DNA of 64,000 nt from Eledone cirrhosa (GCA_964016885.1 OZ024756.1:2418001-2482000), one strand, 5' to 3'; shown: positions 26,186 through 40,228, counted from the stretch's first letter. Numbers and translations are program-made. The notes: a model not told the origin generated them from the letters alone.

Positions 26186-27849
26186 CTACATTTTAAATTT
26201 AAATTTATATTTAAACGTTGAGTTTAATCTATCTTTGCAACAACTGAATAAATTTGTCCGTAGATTAAGGGAATTTTTAGATTTTAGTATAAAGAATATC
26301 TCCTCTGCGCAGAGGTCACATGTCTCAGAGGATGAATTAAAAGGAATCCCTCTTGAGACTATATTCCAAGCCGTCGAATATCTAACGTTATCTAGCTTAA
26401 GTTGCCAGAGTACGCCTGATAGTGCCGTTGAAGATTTTTTGCTTGGATCTGTGAAAGAATTCTTGTGGTTATTATAGCGAAGTTTAAATTCCGTCGATGT
26501 GGAACCGACGTAGTTAAAAGAATTAGAGTCAGTATTAACATTACAATTGTATACTATATTTTTAACTAAGCAGTTGTTATTTAACGGACATTTAGATCTA
26601 TCTCTACAGTTACATTTGTTAACTTGTATATTATTTATGCTATTATCACTAGGTTTTAAGTTCCTATTATTTATTCTATTGATATTTTGTGCTAAATTTT
26701 TGGTGGATGAGTAGGTTAATTTTATTGTATGTCTATTGAAAATTGAGTGATATCTATGTGTTCTAGGGAAGCGATTATCAAGAGCTTTAAAAAATAGTTT
26801 AGCGATGTGGGTTTTAATGTTTAGTGAGAAAGGGGGGGGAACCAAATTATGTTCCTAGTTCTATTTCTTTTTTGGCCTTTGGAATTATTGTAATGCTTTC
26901 TATTATAGTTGTTAAGGATGTTGCCGTAATTAAAAAAGTTGTTACTTTGTTTAGTTTGTCTATCATTATCTATGTACACAATCTTATCAGCATATCCTGC
27001 TCTAGCTAATGCTTCATTGTAGTATTGGGCTTTTTCATCGAAAATCTTTCTATTCGACGAGATCCTAGAGATACGTTTTTGAACAGAGTTTACTATAGTG
27101 TTTTTGACAGATCTGGGGTGGTTAGAGTTAAAGTTTACATAGTTTAAGTTTTCATTCAACTTGTGAAAAAGATAGTGAAGACATGTGTTGAGATTTAATG
27201 TTATATCTAGGAAATTGACTATTCTATGGTTGTTCTCAATTTCTATTTTAAGATTAAAGTAATTAAAAAATTGTGTAATTTGTTTACATTTTCTATTTAG
27301 TTCAGAGTTATTATTATCAATAAGTAAAAGCATGTCGTCTCTATATAAACCTCCGGTAGTACCGGGTATTTTCCTATGTAGCGAATTGATTAAAAATAAG
27401 CCCACAAGGTCAGTTACCTGGGCTGAGTCGGATGATCCCATAGTAATGTCAAAATTGCTATCTCTATCTGCTCTGGTCCATAGTTGGTCATTAAATTCTA
27501 TCAAAGTTTTCCTAGCCGATAATATAGTATGCATTTCATTGCTAGTTAGGTCAGTATGTTTGAATGCGTAATTTAGTGCCTTATTTAGTAGATTAGGGGT
27601 AATAGAAGAATCATAGTTAGCTATATCAAGTTGAATAAACTTATTATTATTGTTATATTTAATTTGCTTAAGCCACTCAACAACCTCTCCAGTTCCCTTC
27701 CACAAGCTCAGGTTAGATAAACAATCCAAGTTCTTAATTTGCTGTATCACCCTGTCAAGAATGTTTTTGCTTAATTTGCCCAGGTCCGATTTTGATGGTG
27801 CGATCAATCTAACTGGCAGGTCATTTTCAAAATTCCGCTTGTGATCTTG
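26186..27849 (-). pseudogene. PLE reverse transcriptase + C-terminal GIY-YIG endonuclease, N-truncated, one frameshift near the G run at ~26835
   Basis: DHK..PVRLIAPSKSDLG, LDIANY, FDITMGS, GLYRDD, VNFLDITL, SNHP, IIWF/PPFS, CNCR..CPL..NC, NIVY..YVGST, CDLC. Confidence 0.95.
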
Positions 27850-28626
27850 TATATTTGTGTGTGTGTATATATATACACATATATGTATACTTAAATTTTT
27901 ATACCACATTGAGAATGTTTTCCGTGCACCTAGGGTTTGCAGAGTTGATCATGTAGATTCACATAGATGTTTGTAATTATCACATAAACATATGAATTTT
28001 TTAAAAAAACTAAACATAAGATCATTAATTTTCACACATTGTGGATACATGTCTCATTCAGGAATACTGATATTTACAATGTAGTGGCTGGTTTTGTAAA
28101 TACTAATACCTCTACATTAAAACAGAGGTTTTTTACGCCTCGCCTGTGTCTGGTTATTTAAAAATTTTTTTTTTCTCTCTCTATATTTTTTTCTCTCTCT
28201 ATATTTTTTCTCTATATATATAACCGCTGGTTTCTCTCCATATATCTCCCTTACATTAATACTAGAGCTAAATAAATAAATAAATAAATAAATGTATCAT
28301 TGATACGTTATTCAACAGACGTCCCACTACCTAGTTTTCTATATATATGTATCTATCTCTATTTCCTTTCTCTCTCTCTCTATATATATATCTCTTTCTG
28401 TTTCTTTACATGAAGTTCTTCTCTTTATCTATCTTTCCATCTCTCTATTTTGTTCCATGCATTTCTTCTTTTTCTTCTTTTTCTTCGTTTTCTGTCTTTC
28501 TTTCCTTTTTTCTCTCTTTCTTTCTCTCTGTGTACAATTTTTTCACTACCAAATCAACCTTTTCAAATGCAAGTCGATGTTGTTACGGTATGTCGAATCT
28601 ATTTATCTATAAAACTGTTTATATTG

Positions 28627-28692
28627 TATTTTGTCTGAGGAAGGCATAGCATATTGTTAATATGATATCCCTGAAATATATATAATGAAATA
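28627..28692 (+). ncRNA. Type I hammerhead ribozyme in the inverted pLTR
   Basis: tattttgt CTGAGGA aggcata-hairpin-tatccct GAAA tatata TA atgaaata (8-bp stem I with 2 GU). Confidence 0.88.
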
Positions 28693-28819
28693 AATATGGT
28701 TTTATAAATATAGTTTCCATTTATTTAATATTGTAAATATACTCCAAATATTTGTCGAGTGCTTTTATATCAGTTATAAATATTTACTAGTTGTAACCCA
28801 ACAATTTAAATATAACTTT

Positions 28820-28917
<98 letters not shown>

Positions 28918-28981
28918 GGAGTGAGGACGCCGACGGCTGAGCACCGGCCATTTCGCTGGTATCTTACCACACCCTCTTTGT

Positions 28982-29015
<34 letters not shown>

Positions 29016-29074
29016 ATAAGGAAATACAATGTTTAGATGGTAAAGTCCTTTATTGATAAGGCCGTAAAACGTAT

Positions 29075-29110
29075 TTGTGTGTGTGTGAGAGAGAGGGGAG
29101 AGGAAAGAGG

Positions 29111-29150
<40 letters not shown>

Positions 29151-29261
29151 AGTGGAGAGGAAAGAGGATGTGTCTGTGTGTGTGTGAGAGAGAGGTGGAG
29201 AGGAAAGAGGATGTGTCTGTGTGTGTGTGAGAGAGAGGGTAGAGGAAAGAGGGTGTGTGTA

Positions 29262-29292
<31 letters not shown>

Positions 29293-29551
29293 AGGGGAGA
29301 GGAAAGAGGATGTGTCTGTGTGTGTGTGTGAGAGAGAGGTGGAGAGGAAAGAGGATGTGTCTGTGTGTGTGTGAGAGAGAGGGGAGAGGAAAGAGGGTGT
29401 GTGTATGTGTGTGTGTGTGCATGTGAGAGAGAGAGAGAGGAGGAGAGGAAAGAGGATGTGTGTGTGTGTGTATGTGTGAGAGAGAGAGAGAGGGGGAGAG
29501 GAAAGAGGCTGTGTGTGTGTGTGTGTGTGTGAGGGGGAGAGGAAAGAGGCT

Positions 29552-29584
<33 letters not shown>

Positions 29585-29690
29585 CGGGGGAGAGGAATGA
29601 GGATGTGTGTGTGTGTGTGAGAGAGAGGGGGAGAGGAAAGAGGCTGTGTGTGTGTGTGTGTGAGAGAGAGAGGGGGAGAGGAAAGAGGCT

Positions 29691-29725
<35 letters not shown>

Positions 29726-29742
29726 GGGGAGAGGAAAGAGGC

Positions 29743-29780
<38 letters not shown>

Positions 29781-29832
29781 AAGAGGCTGTGTGTGTGTGT
29801 GTGTGTGTGTGAGAGGGGGAGAGGAAAGATGC

Positions 29833-29882
<50 letters not shown>

Positions 29883-29886
29883 GAGG

Positions 29887-29927
<41 letters not shown>

Positions 29928-29945
29928 GGGGAGAGGAAAGAGGAT

Positions 29946-29980
<35 letters not shown>

Positions 29981-30127
29981 GGAGAGAGGAAAGAGGATGT
30001 GTGTGTGTGTGTGAGAGAGAGGGGGAGAGGAAAGAGGATATGTGTGTGTGTGTGTGTGTGAGAGAGAGAGGGGGAGAGGAAAGAGGATGTGTGTGTGTGT
30101 GTGAGAGAGAGGGAGAGAGGAAAGAGG

Positions 30128-30166
<39 letters not shown>

Positions 30167-30186
30167 GGAGAGAGGAAAGAGGATGT

Positions 30187-30219
<33 letters not shown>

Positions 30220-30235
30220 GGAGAGAGGAAAGAGG

Positions 30236-30280
<45 letters not shown>

Positions 30281-30349
30281 GGAGAGAGGAAAGAGGATGT
30301 GTGTGTGTGTGTGTGTGTGTGTGTGAGAGGGAGAGAGGAAAGAGGATGT

Positions 30350-30388
<39 letters not shown>

Positions 30389-30396
30389 GAAAGAGG

Positions 30397-30441
<45 letters not shown>

Positions 30442-30449
30442 GAAAGAGG

Positions 30450-30494
<45 letters not shown>

Positions 30495-30502
30495 GAAAGA
30501 GG

Positions 30503-30551
<49 letters not shown>

Positions 30552-30557
30552 AAGAGG

Positions 30558-30598
<41 letters not shown>

Positions 30599-30614
30599 GA
30601 AGAGAGGAAAGAGG

Positions 30615-30655
<41 letters not shown>

Positions 30656-30671
30656 GGAGAGAGGAAAGAGG

Positions 30672-30714
<43 letters not shown>

Positions 30715-30730
30715 GGAGAGAGGAAAGAGG

Positions 30731-30771
<41 letters not shown>

Positions 30772-30779
30772 GAAAGAGG

Positions 30780-30818
<39 letters not shown>

Positions 30819-30827
30819 GGAGAGAGG

Positions 30828-30866
<39 letters not shown>

Positions 30867-30876
30867 GGAGAGAGGA

Positions 30877-30909
<33 letters not shown>

Positions 30910-30910
30910 A
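29075..30910. repeat. Compound minisatellite [GAGGAAAGAGGAT (GT)n (GA)n], ~35 units
   Basis: Direct reading; source of the 904/693/634-aa pseudo-ORFs. Confidence 0.95.
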
Positions 30911-31147
30911 CACGATGATGAGAAACGACCAGTTTTTGAAATGACCTTCCCCAAATATAGGACGTGTTAGTGCGTTCCAGTGATGGTGGGAGGTAAGGGG
31001 ATAGGATAGGGTGGGTTGGTAGAGAGGGACGGAGAGAGAGAGAGAGGGGGTGTATGGAGGAAAGAGGGACAGAGAGAGAGAAAAGAGAGACTGAAGAGGA
31101 GGCAATGTTGACATAAAGGAATAAAGTGGGTAGAATTAGCTTGATTA

Positions 31148-31458
31148 ATGATGACGATGATGATGATGAGGAGGAGTAGAGAGAGGAGGGGGACAATAAT
31201 GGTTGTGGTGATGGCGATGGTGATACAGATGATGATGACGATGATGATGATGATGATGACAATGGTGACGATAACGACATAATGACGTCGATGACGATGA
31301 CGGTGACGATGACGATTTCGATGACGGTGACGATGACGGCAATGATGACGATGACGGTGACGATGACGGCAATGATAACGATGACGGTGACGATGACGGC
31401 AATGATAACGATGACGGTGACGATGACGGTGATGACGATAATGATGATGATGATGATG
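31148..31458. repeat. (GAT/GAC)n tract containing 30-bp tandem units
   Basis: ATGACGGTGACGATGACGGCAATGATAACG repeated. Confidence 0.9.
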
Positions 31459-31546
31459 GAATAACAAGAGACAACAACATTAGTAAGAAGATCTTTACCA
31501 CATTGACGACACAAGGTCATGAATTTGTATTATCTATCATCTTTTA

Positions 31547-32030
31547 GGGCAGAATCGGTAGAGGGTCGGAGGCGAGGCTTTGTAGCATAGAATTACGGCC
31601 CTTTATGGTCTGAGTTCAAATCCCGCCGTGGTTAACTTTGCCTTTCATTATTACGGGGTCGATAAAATAAAGTACCAGTAATACACTGGGATAATTGCAG
31701 GCCTTGTGCCAAAAATAGAAACAATTATCTATCATCTTTTAAAGGAAAACTGTATAATCAATAGAATCGATTGGTTTGTAGTATATATATGGCCTAGTGG
31801 TTGGGGAATTGGCTTCACACTCGTGAGTTCGATTCCTGGGCCGGGCGATGTGTTGTGTCCTTGAACAAGACGCTTTATATTACTTTGTACCTTCTGCCAA
31901 GATCTGTGACTAGTAGATAGTATCAGCAATTGGAATGACTTATGGAAGCATTGTTTCCTCGGTCCGATCTGACAAGTTCCACCTCCACTCGGTAAGCGAA
32001 TGAAATCTGGGATCTTATCGATTCGGATCA
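31547..32030 (+). mobile_element. Two SINEs: Meta/Nin-type 31547-31725 and CORE-type 31790-32030
   Basis: Family cores; A/B boxes TGGCCTAGTGG / GAGTTCGATTCC. Confidence 0.8.
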
Positions 32031-32352
32031 ATCAGTATACTAAAATACACTGCTATGTCACAACTATATCAGTAGCTGCGTGAGAACGCCAGCGACGTGT
32101 TTCTGGATGTTTACCCGTCATCAGTGACGTTTAGTATCAAGGTACTGAAGCAAGGGAACCAACTCCTGATACTTCCGTTATTTAATCACCCAATACACTT
32201 GAGAAATTATGTCTCATTTTTAATGTTTTTATTTTAAAATTATTTATTAAAAAAGAAAACAAAACAAAACAAATATTGCTTCAAGAATTGTAGATGGAAT
32301 GTTCTGGGGGGAGAGAGAAAATACATTGGTGGGTTTTATATCGAATAATAAT

Positions 32353-32870
32353 AATTGTTTCTACTTCTGACACACGGCCAGCAATTATCCCAGTGTATTA
32401 CTGGTACTTTATTTTATCGACCCCGTAAGGATGAAAGGCAAAGTTAATCTCGGTGGGATTTGAGCTCAGACCGTAAAGGGATGTAACTCTATGCTGCAAA
32501 GCATGGCGTCAGACCTTCTACCGATACTGCCAATCCATCGATTCATTTGCATGCAAACAGCCTCATTATGCTGTGATTTAGACGACCATCGCCGCCCTTC
32601 TGTTCTAGCAGTGAGAGAAAAACACTGGATAACAATATTATAGTCAATTGTTTCTCTCTGTCACCGCTAGGAGGACGATGGTCGTCTAAGACACAGAGCA
32701 TCAGGCCTCATGCTTTATAGCGTAGTTCTGAGTTCAAATCCCACCGAGTTTAACTTTGCCTTTCGTCCTTACGGGGTCGATAAAATAAAGTACCAGTAAT
32801 GCACTGGTAACATTGCTGGGGACATTGCACTGGGAACATTGCTGGCCTTGTGCCAAGAGTAGAAACAATT
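32353..32870. mobile_element. Divergent SINE pair (32353-32533 minus; 32715-32870 plus) around a small inverted-repeat element 32571-32696
   Basis: SINE cores; TTAGACGACCATCG / CGATGGTCGTCTAA. Confidence 0.75.
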
Positions 32871-33972
32871 ATTATTATTCGAAATAAAGCTCACGAATCA
32901 TTTACGTATCCGCTGTGTTAGAGCGGAAAAAACCAAAGTTCTAATTTTGTTTTTAAAAAAGAAAATGAAAAGGGGAAAAAGAAAGAAGGGTGAAGGAATG
33001 AAAGAGAGGGAAATGGGGATAGAGGGAAAGTCACTACAACCCCAGTCTGAGCGGTGGGGCAGCCACACCCCGTGGACAAAACAAGCAAAAGCGCGGAGAA
33101 TGGCCAGACACCCCCGCTCCAACTGCCACTCCCACCTCACAGGTCTCCCTCTTCAAGCGGGTCGCTGTCTTATATTTCAGTTTTATGCATATTGCATAAC
33201 AATTTTACCTTTCATTTACATTTGAGTAGATTTGTAGCCGTTAACTGTCTGTTAGCTTCCTGCTTACTCCACACATTTGGGGATCCATTTCATATGTAAA
33301 GAAGACATTTTTTTAGCGGCAAATTCTATATTCTCATTATGCCGCTCTCTCTCTCGCTCTCTCTCTCTCGCTCCCCCCCCCAAAAAAAATTTTTCATACG
33401 CGGGCACACACACATATCTATGTATGTATGTAAGTATGTATGTATATTTGCATATGTATGCGTGTATGTAAGTATCTATGTATATATGTATATGCATAAG
33501 TGTATATATATATGTACCGGTGTCTTAATTTAAATATCCCCTACTGAATAAACAATATTTTATTGCAGCTAATTAAGTAATTAAAGATCTGAGGTAGTAA
33601 TTAGATAAGTGTACCGGCTGCCCTACCTATATACATTAAACAATATGTCTCTAGATTGTTTGTTCTTCCACAATAATTCTATGTTATTAAATCCGAGCGA
33701 CCGATATAATCCTGTCATGGGACCTAAGTTATTCAGTTAATATATCCACCTGCTGGTATGTGGCTTTAACGAGGCAGATATGAAATTACAGACATCTCTA
33801 TACTGTCTGTATGTGTGTGTGTGTGTGTGTGCGTGCGTGTGCGTGTGTGTGTCTGTGCGTGTGTGTCTGTGCGTGTGTGTGTGTGTATGTGTATTCATAT
33901 CTTCAGCAATTCCGTTTTGTAACTATCTACAACCGATATATATATGTATATATATTTATATATATGTATATA

Positions 33973-34013
<41 letters not shown>

Positions 34014-34076
34014 TGGAGATATATATATATCGGTTGTATATATATATATGCTGAAGATATATATATATATATGGTG

Positions 34077-34107
<31 letters not shown>

Positions 34108-34110
34108 CGG

Positions 34111-34154
<44 letters not shown>

Positions 34155-34200
34155 TGTATATATATATATATCGGTTGTATATATATATATATATCGGTTG

Positions 34201-34232
<32 letters not shown>

Positions 34233-34934
34233 GAATAAAGATAATTGTGAAGGCAATTATAAATATTCATAATTCCTTTACATATAATCAGTCGTAATAG
34301 ATATTTCAGTAGTGGTTGGTGTTCAAGATTACGTGATGCTGTGATCACGCAATCTCGAACACGACTTCATCAGACAACGTCTTAGGTAATAAGTTTGTTA
34401 TGTAATATTGTTAAAGCAATCCAAGTTATGGACAAGGTGACGGACCTGTTGGTTGTTTCCCTTATCGTAGCCCGTCCCCTTAGTTAGAAATGTATAAAGG
34501 ACAAAGTATGATAAATAAAACAAAACAAAATAATGTTTTTACCCAGAATATTTCTACATAATATTTTAGGGGTAATACCCTCTTCTCAAATATGAAATCA
34601 AAACGGTGCAAACCAAAACAAACGATCGACGTGTTCGTCCCTAACTGGTCAGCCCCCATAACTACCTTAGTTATTCAGTTAATATATGTAACTGATGTTG
34701 TATAGTTTTATAATATTCCAGATACATCGCGATCATTATTACACCAGTGTTTAGCCGAAAAGGGGCCCAATGCATTTGGGGGCCACATATTTGAGAATAA
34801 ATTATGGGCAGTTAGCTAATTGCCTTTCTTTTGTCTCATTAAGAAACCTCAATATAAAATATCATGCTAACCAAACAGTGGGTTTGTTATTGAATACTGT
34901 CACAGATTACAGGCAGTGAATTGAGTCGTGAGAA

Positions 34935-35110
34935 CATCAGATAATCATCATACGCCCGGCGGCCTCAACAATTGACCTCCACGTGGGTCTGTCGTTCATT
35001 GCCGTTGCCAAGTCCAGGATTTCAATACCAGAATCTCTGGAGATGACATCGGGATAGGAGAGCTTGCGCTCCCTGTTAGTGACTCCTTGTGGTTTCCAAA
35101 GCACTAGTGG
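34935..35110 (-). mobile_element. RTE-like LINE ORF2 C-terminal fragment
   Basis: LVLWKPQG..RKLS/YPDVISRDSGIEILDLATAMNDRPTWRSIV. Confidence 0.65.
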
Positions 35111-36038
35111 GGACCCAGCCTCAGAGGTGGCACAATGGCAGTAACCAGAACATCAAATAGAAGGATGTGTGGTATTCGTTCCAGTTCTCTGATCTCTGAG
35201 TTCAAATCCCGTCATGGTTAATATTGCCCTTCATCCATTCAAGGTCGATAAAAAAGTACCAGTCATGTACTGGTGTTGATTCTTCCTCTAAGTCATTTTC
35301 TCAGTTCCATTCTCTCACTCTCTCTTTCTATGGAAGAAATTCGAACCCTTAGAGGAGATGGGCCCCGCCAAGTTGTAAAAATGCCCTAGAAACGCTGTAA
35401 GTCAATATGGTGTCCTGCGACTCCCTCGGAGGACACCATATTGACATACGGCGTCACACCACAGCTTACTGCTGTGGGTACTACAGAAGAGGCTTTCAAA
35501 CCACAAAAACTACCACCACCACCACCATCACCACCACCACCACTATAACTAATAACAGCAAAAAAGACATCATCATCATCATCATCAACAACTACTACTA
35601 TAACTAAAACTACAATAATAACTAAAATAACAACAACAACAACAACAACAACTAAAACAAAACCAACAACAACAATTAAAACAACACCAACAACAACAAC
35701 TAAAACAACAGCAATAAGGGATATATAACATCCGGCAATCTCCGTTGAATTACGGAAATCAACGTAATATTATCACATGTCCACATCAATTCTTTCCCGG
35801 AAGTTAAATATTTACGTAGCTCCGCTGTGTTTTCTAGGGTTTGGGTTAAATCACCAGTGTTTAGGGTGGGGGATGTGTGTGTGGGTGGTGTGTGGGGTGG
35901 TGGAGGTGGTGTGTGTGTGGATTGGGGTGGGCGGAGGTGTAGGGGAGGTGTGTATGGCGCGTGGGCGGCGAGGTGTGTGTGGGTGGAAGTGGGGAGAGAG
36001 GTGTGTGGGGTGGGGAAGAAGTTGTGTGTGTGGATTAA

Positions 36039-36073
<35 letters not shown>

Positions 36074-36512
36074 ATTGGAATATGGCGGGTAAATTTGGGC
36101 AAGTAGTTTATGTATGTGTGAATGTTCGAATGTGTGTGTGTGTGTGTGTGTGTGTGTCTATGTTTGGGTTAAGTAACCAGTGTGTGGATTGGAAGGTAGC
36201 AGTAAGGTGGGGTAGAAGTTGATGTGTGTGTTTGTCTCTATGTGTGTGTGTGGGGGGGGGTTGTCTATATATGTGTGTGTACGTGTGTTAAACGTGGACA
36301 AGGTATGAAGTGAGAACATGCAGAGATTTAAAGGGAGAGAGAGTGATAGATGATTTAGAGAGATGGAGAAAGACAAAGAGAGAGAGAGAGAGAGAGGGGT
36401 GATGGAGATAGAGAGAGGGGGTGACAGAGAGATGGATGAAGACAGAGAGAGAGGAGAAGGAAAGAGAGAGAGAGGGGTGATGAAGATAAAGAAATAGGCA
36501 GAGAAGGAGAGA

Positions 36513-36551
<39 letters not shown>

Positions 36552-36585
36552 GATGAAGATAGAGAAATAGGCAGAGAAGGAGAGA

Positions 36586-36631
<46 letters not shown>

Positions 36632-36778
36632 GGGAGAGAGAATGAATGTGTTATAGGAGAAGATGTGTAAACAGAAATAATGAATAGAAGAAAATGAGAC
36701 AAAAGATGAAGGGGACAACTGTAATATAAATATGTAAATGGATGTGTATGTTATATATATATATATTATATATATATG

Positions 36779-36827
<49 letters not shown>

Positions 36828-37149
36828 TTATATATATTATATATATATATATTATATATATATAAATGAAAAAAAATGAAATTTCATTTCTCACTCTTAG
36901 TACGGCTGATACTTAAATATAAGTATGTATACGTACATACCTATATGTATACAGACGTACAGTAGTATGTATATATATACATACATGTACACATATATAT
37001 ATGTACGTATTTATTATAATGCTCGGTTTGTTTGTAAACAAACAGCCCGAATTATTAGCCATACAGTGTTCGGCAACCATTGTTGCACTTTTGTTCAACA
37101 CTGACAAAGGAACGATGACCTAGTTTCTAGCTTATTAGCTGTCATCAGC

Positions 37150-38700
37150 ACCGTTACCTTCCTGTCAGTCGATTGAACGTAGTTCCTGGCTTTTCTACCC
37201 CTTTAATCTTTAAGTGGATCTTTCTTAGGGCCTTTCTACATTGGTTAGCGAATTTCCCCCCAGGGGTAGCATCTACGAACATGACACTCTGGTATCTCTG
37301 GTTGTCGTACCATGAGGTGGCTTTCCCTATCTTATGTCTAGCCCTATCTAAGCTATTCCATGATTTGCTCCTGTATAATGGGCAAATTCCTTTCATGTCC
37401 AGTTCTATGGAGGTCTTATACTTCTCCGTGGCTCCTTCGTATACTCTGACTCTGTCTCTTTGGTTGTAGACAGAGAACTGCATGCGGTTGATGAAGTGTT
37501 GGATGTGTCTTTCCATTTCAGTTGGGTCGCACATGCGGGACACGTTCTTCATCACTCGTACCAAGTCTGCGATCAGAATATTAAACTTAGCACTACTGGA
37601 CATTGCTGAGTTTTAGAGTATCAGGTATTTGGAGGCCATGGGTTTAGCACAGTGTGAGTGGAGAATTTGGGCCCTCTCGTCTATTGTGTTAATTCAGAGT
37701 TCCGTGTCTAATACTGGTAGTCTATTGTTAGGGTGTTTGGAAGGGTAGTCGATAGTTACAGTTATACTCTGGTGCATGGAGTTAGCTATCTGCTGGATGC
37801 TTTCCATTGTGCTACATTCTAAATCATGTTCGTTAGTACTCTCTTGTGGGGGGTGTCCTTATTACTACGAAACGAGAGTACATGATGAGGTCTATGAAGC
37901 TCTCTTCAAGGAGATCTTTGAATCTCCTTTCCCACCATACCATAAAAAGATTGGCAACATCGCCAGCTATGCTAACGCCAATGGCTGCTCCCTCATTTTG
38001 GGTGTAGTTCTTTTAATTGAATTTGAATATATGGCCATTTAGGGTAGTTTTAATACTAGCCCCTATTGCATGCGCGACCATTTTCTCACCTGATCAATGT
38101 CTTTGGGTGTCCGTATGGCTTTGGTCCACCTATTCCACCTTCTTACCATGGGAGTCTTTTTTGCCATTGACGTTAGTGTGTGTGTGTGGGGGGGGTCTAC
38201 CTCTTATGGGTCTACTGGGACAGAAACAGCTATGGTCATGGCTATCTAGGTACTTGGTGTCATAAGTAAGTCTAAGTAGGAGGCCCAGTTCATCTGTGTC
38301 GACGTCGCACCTCACTCTCACTGATTATTTCCACACATCTTCTCACAGCAAAATCAATGTTAATGGATGGGTACAGTGATACCACGTCCATACTTCCTAT
38401 TATGCAGTTAGATAGGTTTTTGTTTTTGTTGCACTCATTGATTCTGCTGAGGAGGTCCTCTGTACTATCACTTACATCTGGGGACATCTTAATTATGGGG
38501 CGTATAACCATTGAGAGGAAGTAGGAGATCCTGTAGTTGCTAGCAGTATTGACTCTGCATACAGGTCTACTGGTGGTCCTGTTGTCGGGTCGTCAACTGT
38601 CTTATGGTCTTTGCGGAGACCATACAAGGGTGGTATGTCATTGTTAGACGCCTGGAAGTTGTTGGCAGTGCGTCTGCTTGGCTTTAGGATGTCGGTCCAC
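37150..38700 (-). pseudogene. Decayed Neptune-like PLE reverse transcriptase
   Basis: PPLYGLRKDHK, GSMDVVSLYPSI, QNEGAAIGVSIAGDVANLFMVWW, PLYRSKSW, VMFVDATPGG, VEKPG across frameshifts. Confidence 0.85.
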
Positions 38701-38867
38701 ATCATCATGTGATATATATATATGTTTGTATGTGAGAGAGAGAGAAAGAGAGAGAGAGCGAGAGCGAGAAAGAGAGAGGGAGAGAGAGAGAGCGCGACAT
38801 TCAGACACGCACATATGATATAGAGAGAAAGAGAGATGGTGATCTAAGATTGGGAGAAAAGATGGAA

Positions 38868-40228
38868 ATATTTCTTTATTTGCGACAAGGGCGCACAAGG
38901 TAAGGGGACAATACAAGGACACCTGGCGTGGATTTTACAGTCGTGTAAAAATATTGAAACAAACAATTATAACAATGGAAATCCCCAATAGGGGAGAGGT
39001 TCCACAAATGGGTTGGTTAATACCCCGTCGATAGAACAACCCTCAACTTCAGGAGCGTGTTGTGCAAGTGATCCCTTCCTCCTTTTGCTCTCTTCTTTAA
39101 CCTACAGGCTTATAAACAGAGAAGGCCCAATCACTCGAGCCATTTTCGCTACATTCAACCACCTTTCAGTAAATTTACTGGGGTGCAGTGCCTCTCTCTC
39201 CACTCTGATTCTCCTTCTAAAGTGGTACCTAAAGAAGGGATGAGTTGTTGTCCAGAGAGAAAGGCATCTGTCCTCAGTCCTCTGAATCTCGTCCACCATA
39301 TAACCTCTTTCACCATAGCCACTGTACAGAGGAAAACCGCCTCTCTTTCGTTTTTGAAAGAGGTTGGCGGTTTGATCCTTACTATGGACTCGGCAGTCAA
39401 CTGGATTTGTCCCATACGTGACAGCAGTTGTTCTGCATAGTTTAACAGGTCGCTTACGCCCGGGCAGTGTACAATTGCGTGCAAGACGATTTCAATGTCC
39501 TGCTCGCATCTTGGACACGTCCTCTTGGAAGGATCCCTGGCGGGGCGTCCGTGCCTGTAGATCTTATCTCGAACGAGTAGAGCACCTCGGTAGCACTGCC
39601 AGGCCAGGGGCCTCTGGAAGTTGTCCAGAGGTCCCGGCGGAAAGTCCTACCGAACAGACTGGTGAGCTCGTCGTCTTCGACGCCTAGAGTCTCCCCGAGC
39701 ACGTCATCGCCCTTGTAAAGTACTAACCCTCTATAGAATGTCGAAGTGGAGTCTACACTGATTGCTGTGCCCGCTTGACAGAGGACTGTGAGCGCCCGGG
39801 CGCATTCAATGTGCCAGGCGCCCATCTTCTTCGGTCTTCGCTTGACCCAGGACTGCAGCTCCATCAGCGAGACAAGTTGTGGGAAGGTCTGTTTCGCAAA
39901 GGGTGCCCACACCGGTTGGTTGGTGAGTAATACCTGGAGATGCCGTAGCCTCAGTGCATGTTTGCGCATCATTAGCCACGGCAGCCCAGCCCTCCGTTGG
40001 AGGGTGTTGACAGCAGACGGATCTCCTTACCAGTGGAGCTTGCTTCTACCAGAGGAACTGGAAGAGCATGCATTCCATCTTGGTGAGGTATTCACGGGGA
40101 CAAGGCACGACAGTCAAGCGGTAGTAGATGACGGACGCTATGAAATTGTTCACCACCTCCGCTCGACCTTTCAAAGACAGATTCATTGACAATTTTACAA
40201 CATAAGGAAATGTAAGCTTAGAAAGTAT
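38868..40228 (-). mobile_element. L1/Tx1-like LINE 3' portion (post-RT domain, CCHC finger, 3'UTR with AATAAA)
   Basis: LSLKGRAEVVN..IASVIYYRL..P..FQFLW, ..HAIVHCP; AATAAA at minus 38874-38881. Confidence 0.8.

Larger units (their letters stand above)
24668..28821 (-). mobile_element. 5'-truncated Penelope-like retroelement (Nematis-like) with ~880-bp inverted pseudo-LTRs, inserted in (TA)n
   Basis: Arms 24668-25544 and 27850-28735 nearly identical and inverted; 86-bp tail 28736-28821; RT + GIY-YIG between. Confidence 0.95.

Noticed and set aside
28806-31520. 904-aa, 693-aa and 634-aa ORFs
   Set aside because: Translations of a stop-free GT/GA compound minisatellite; open in all three minus frames
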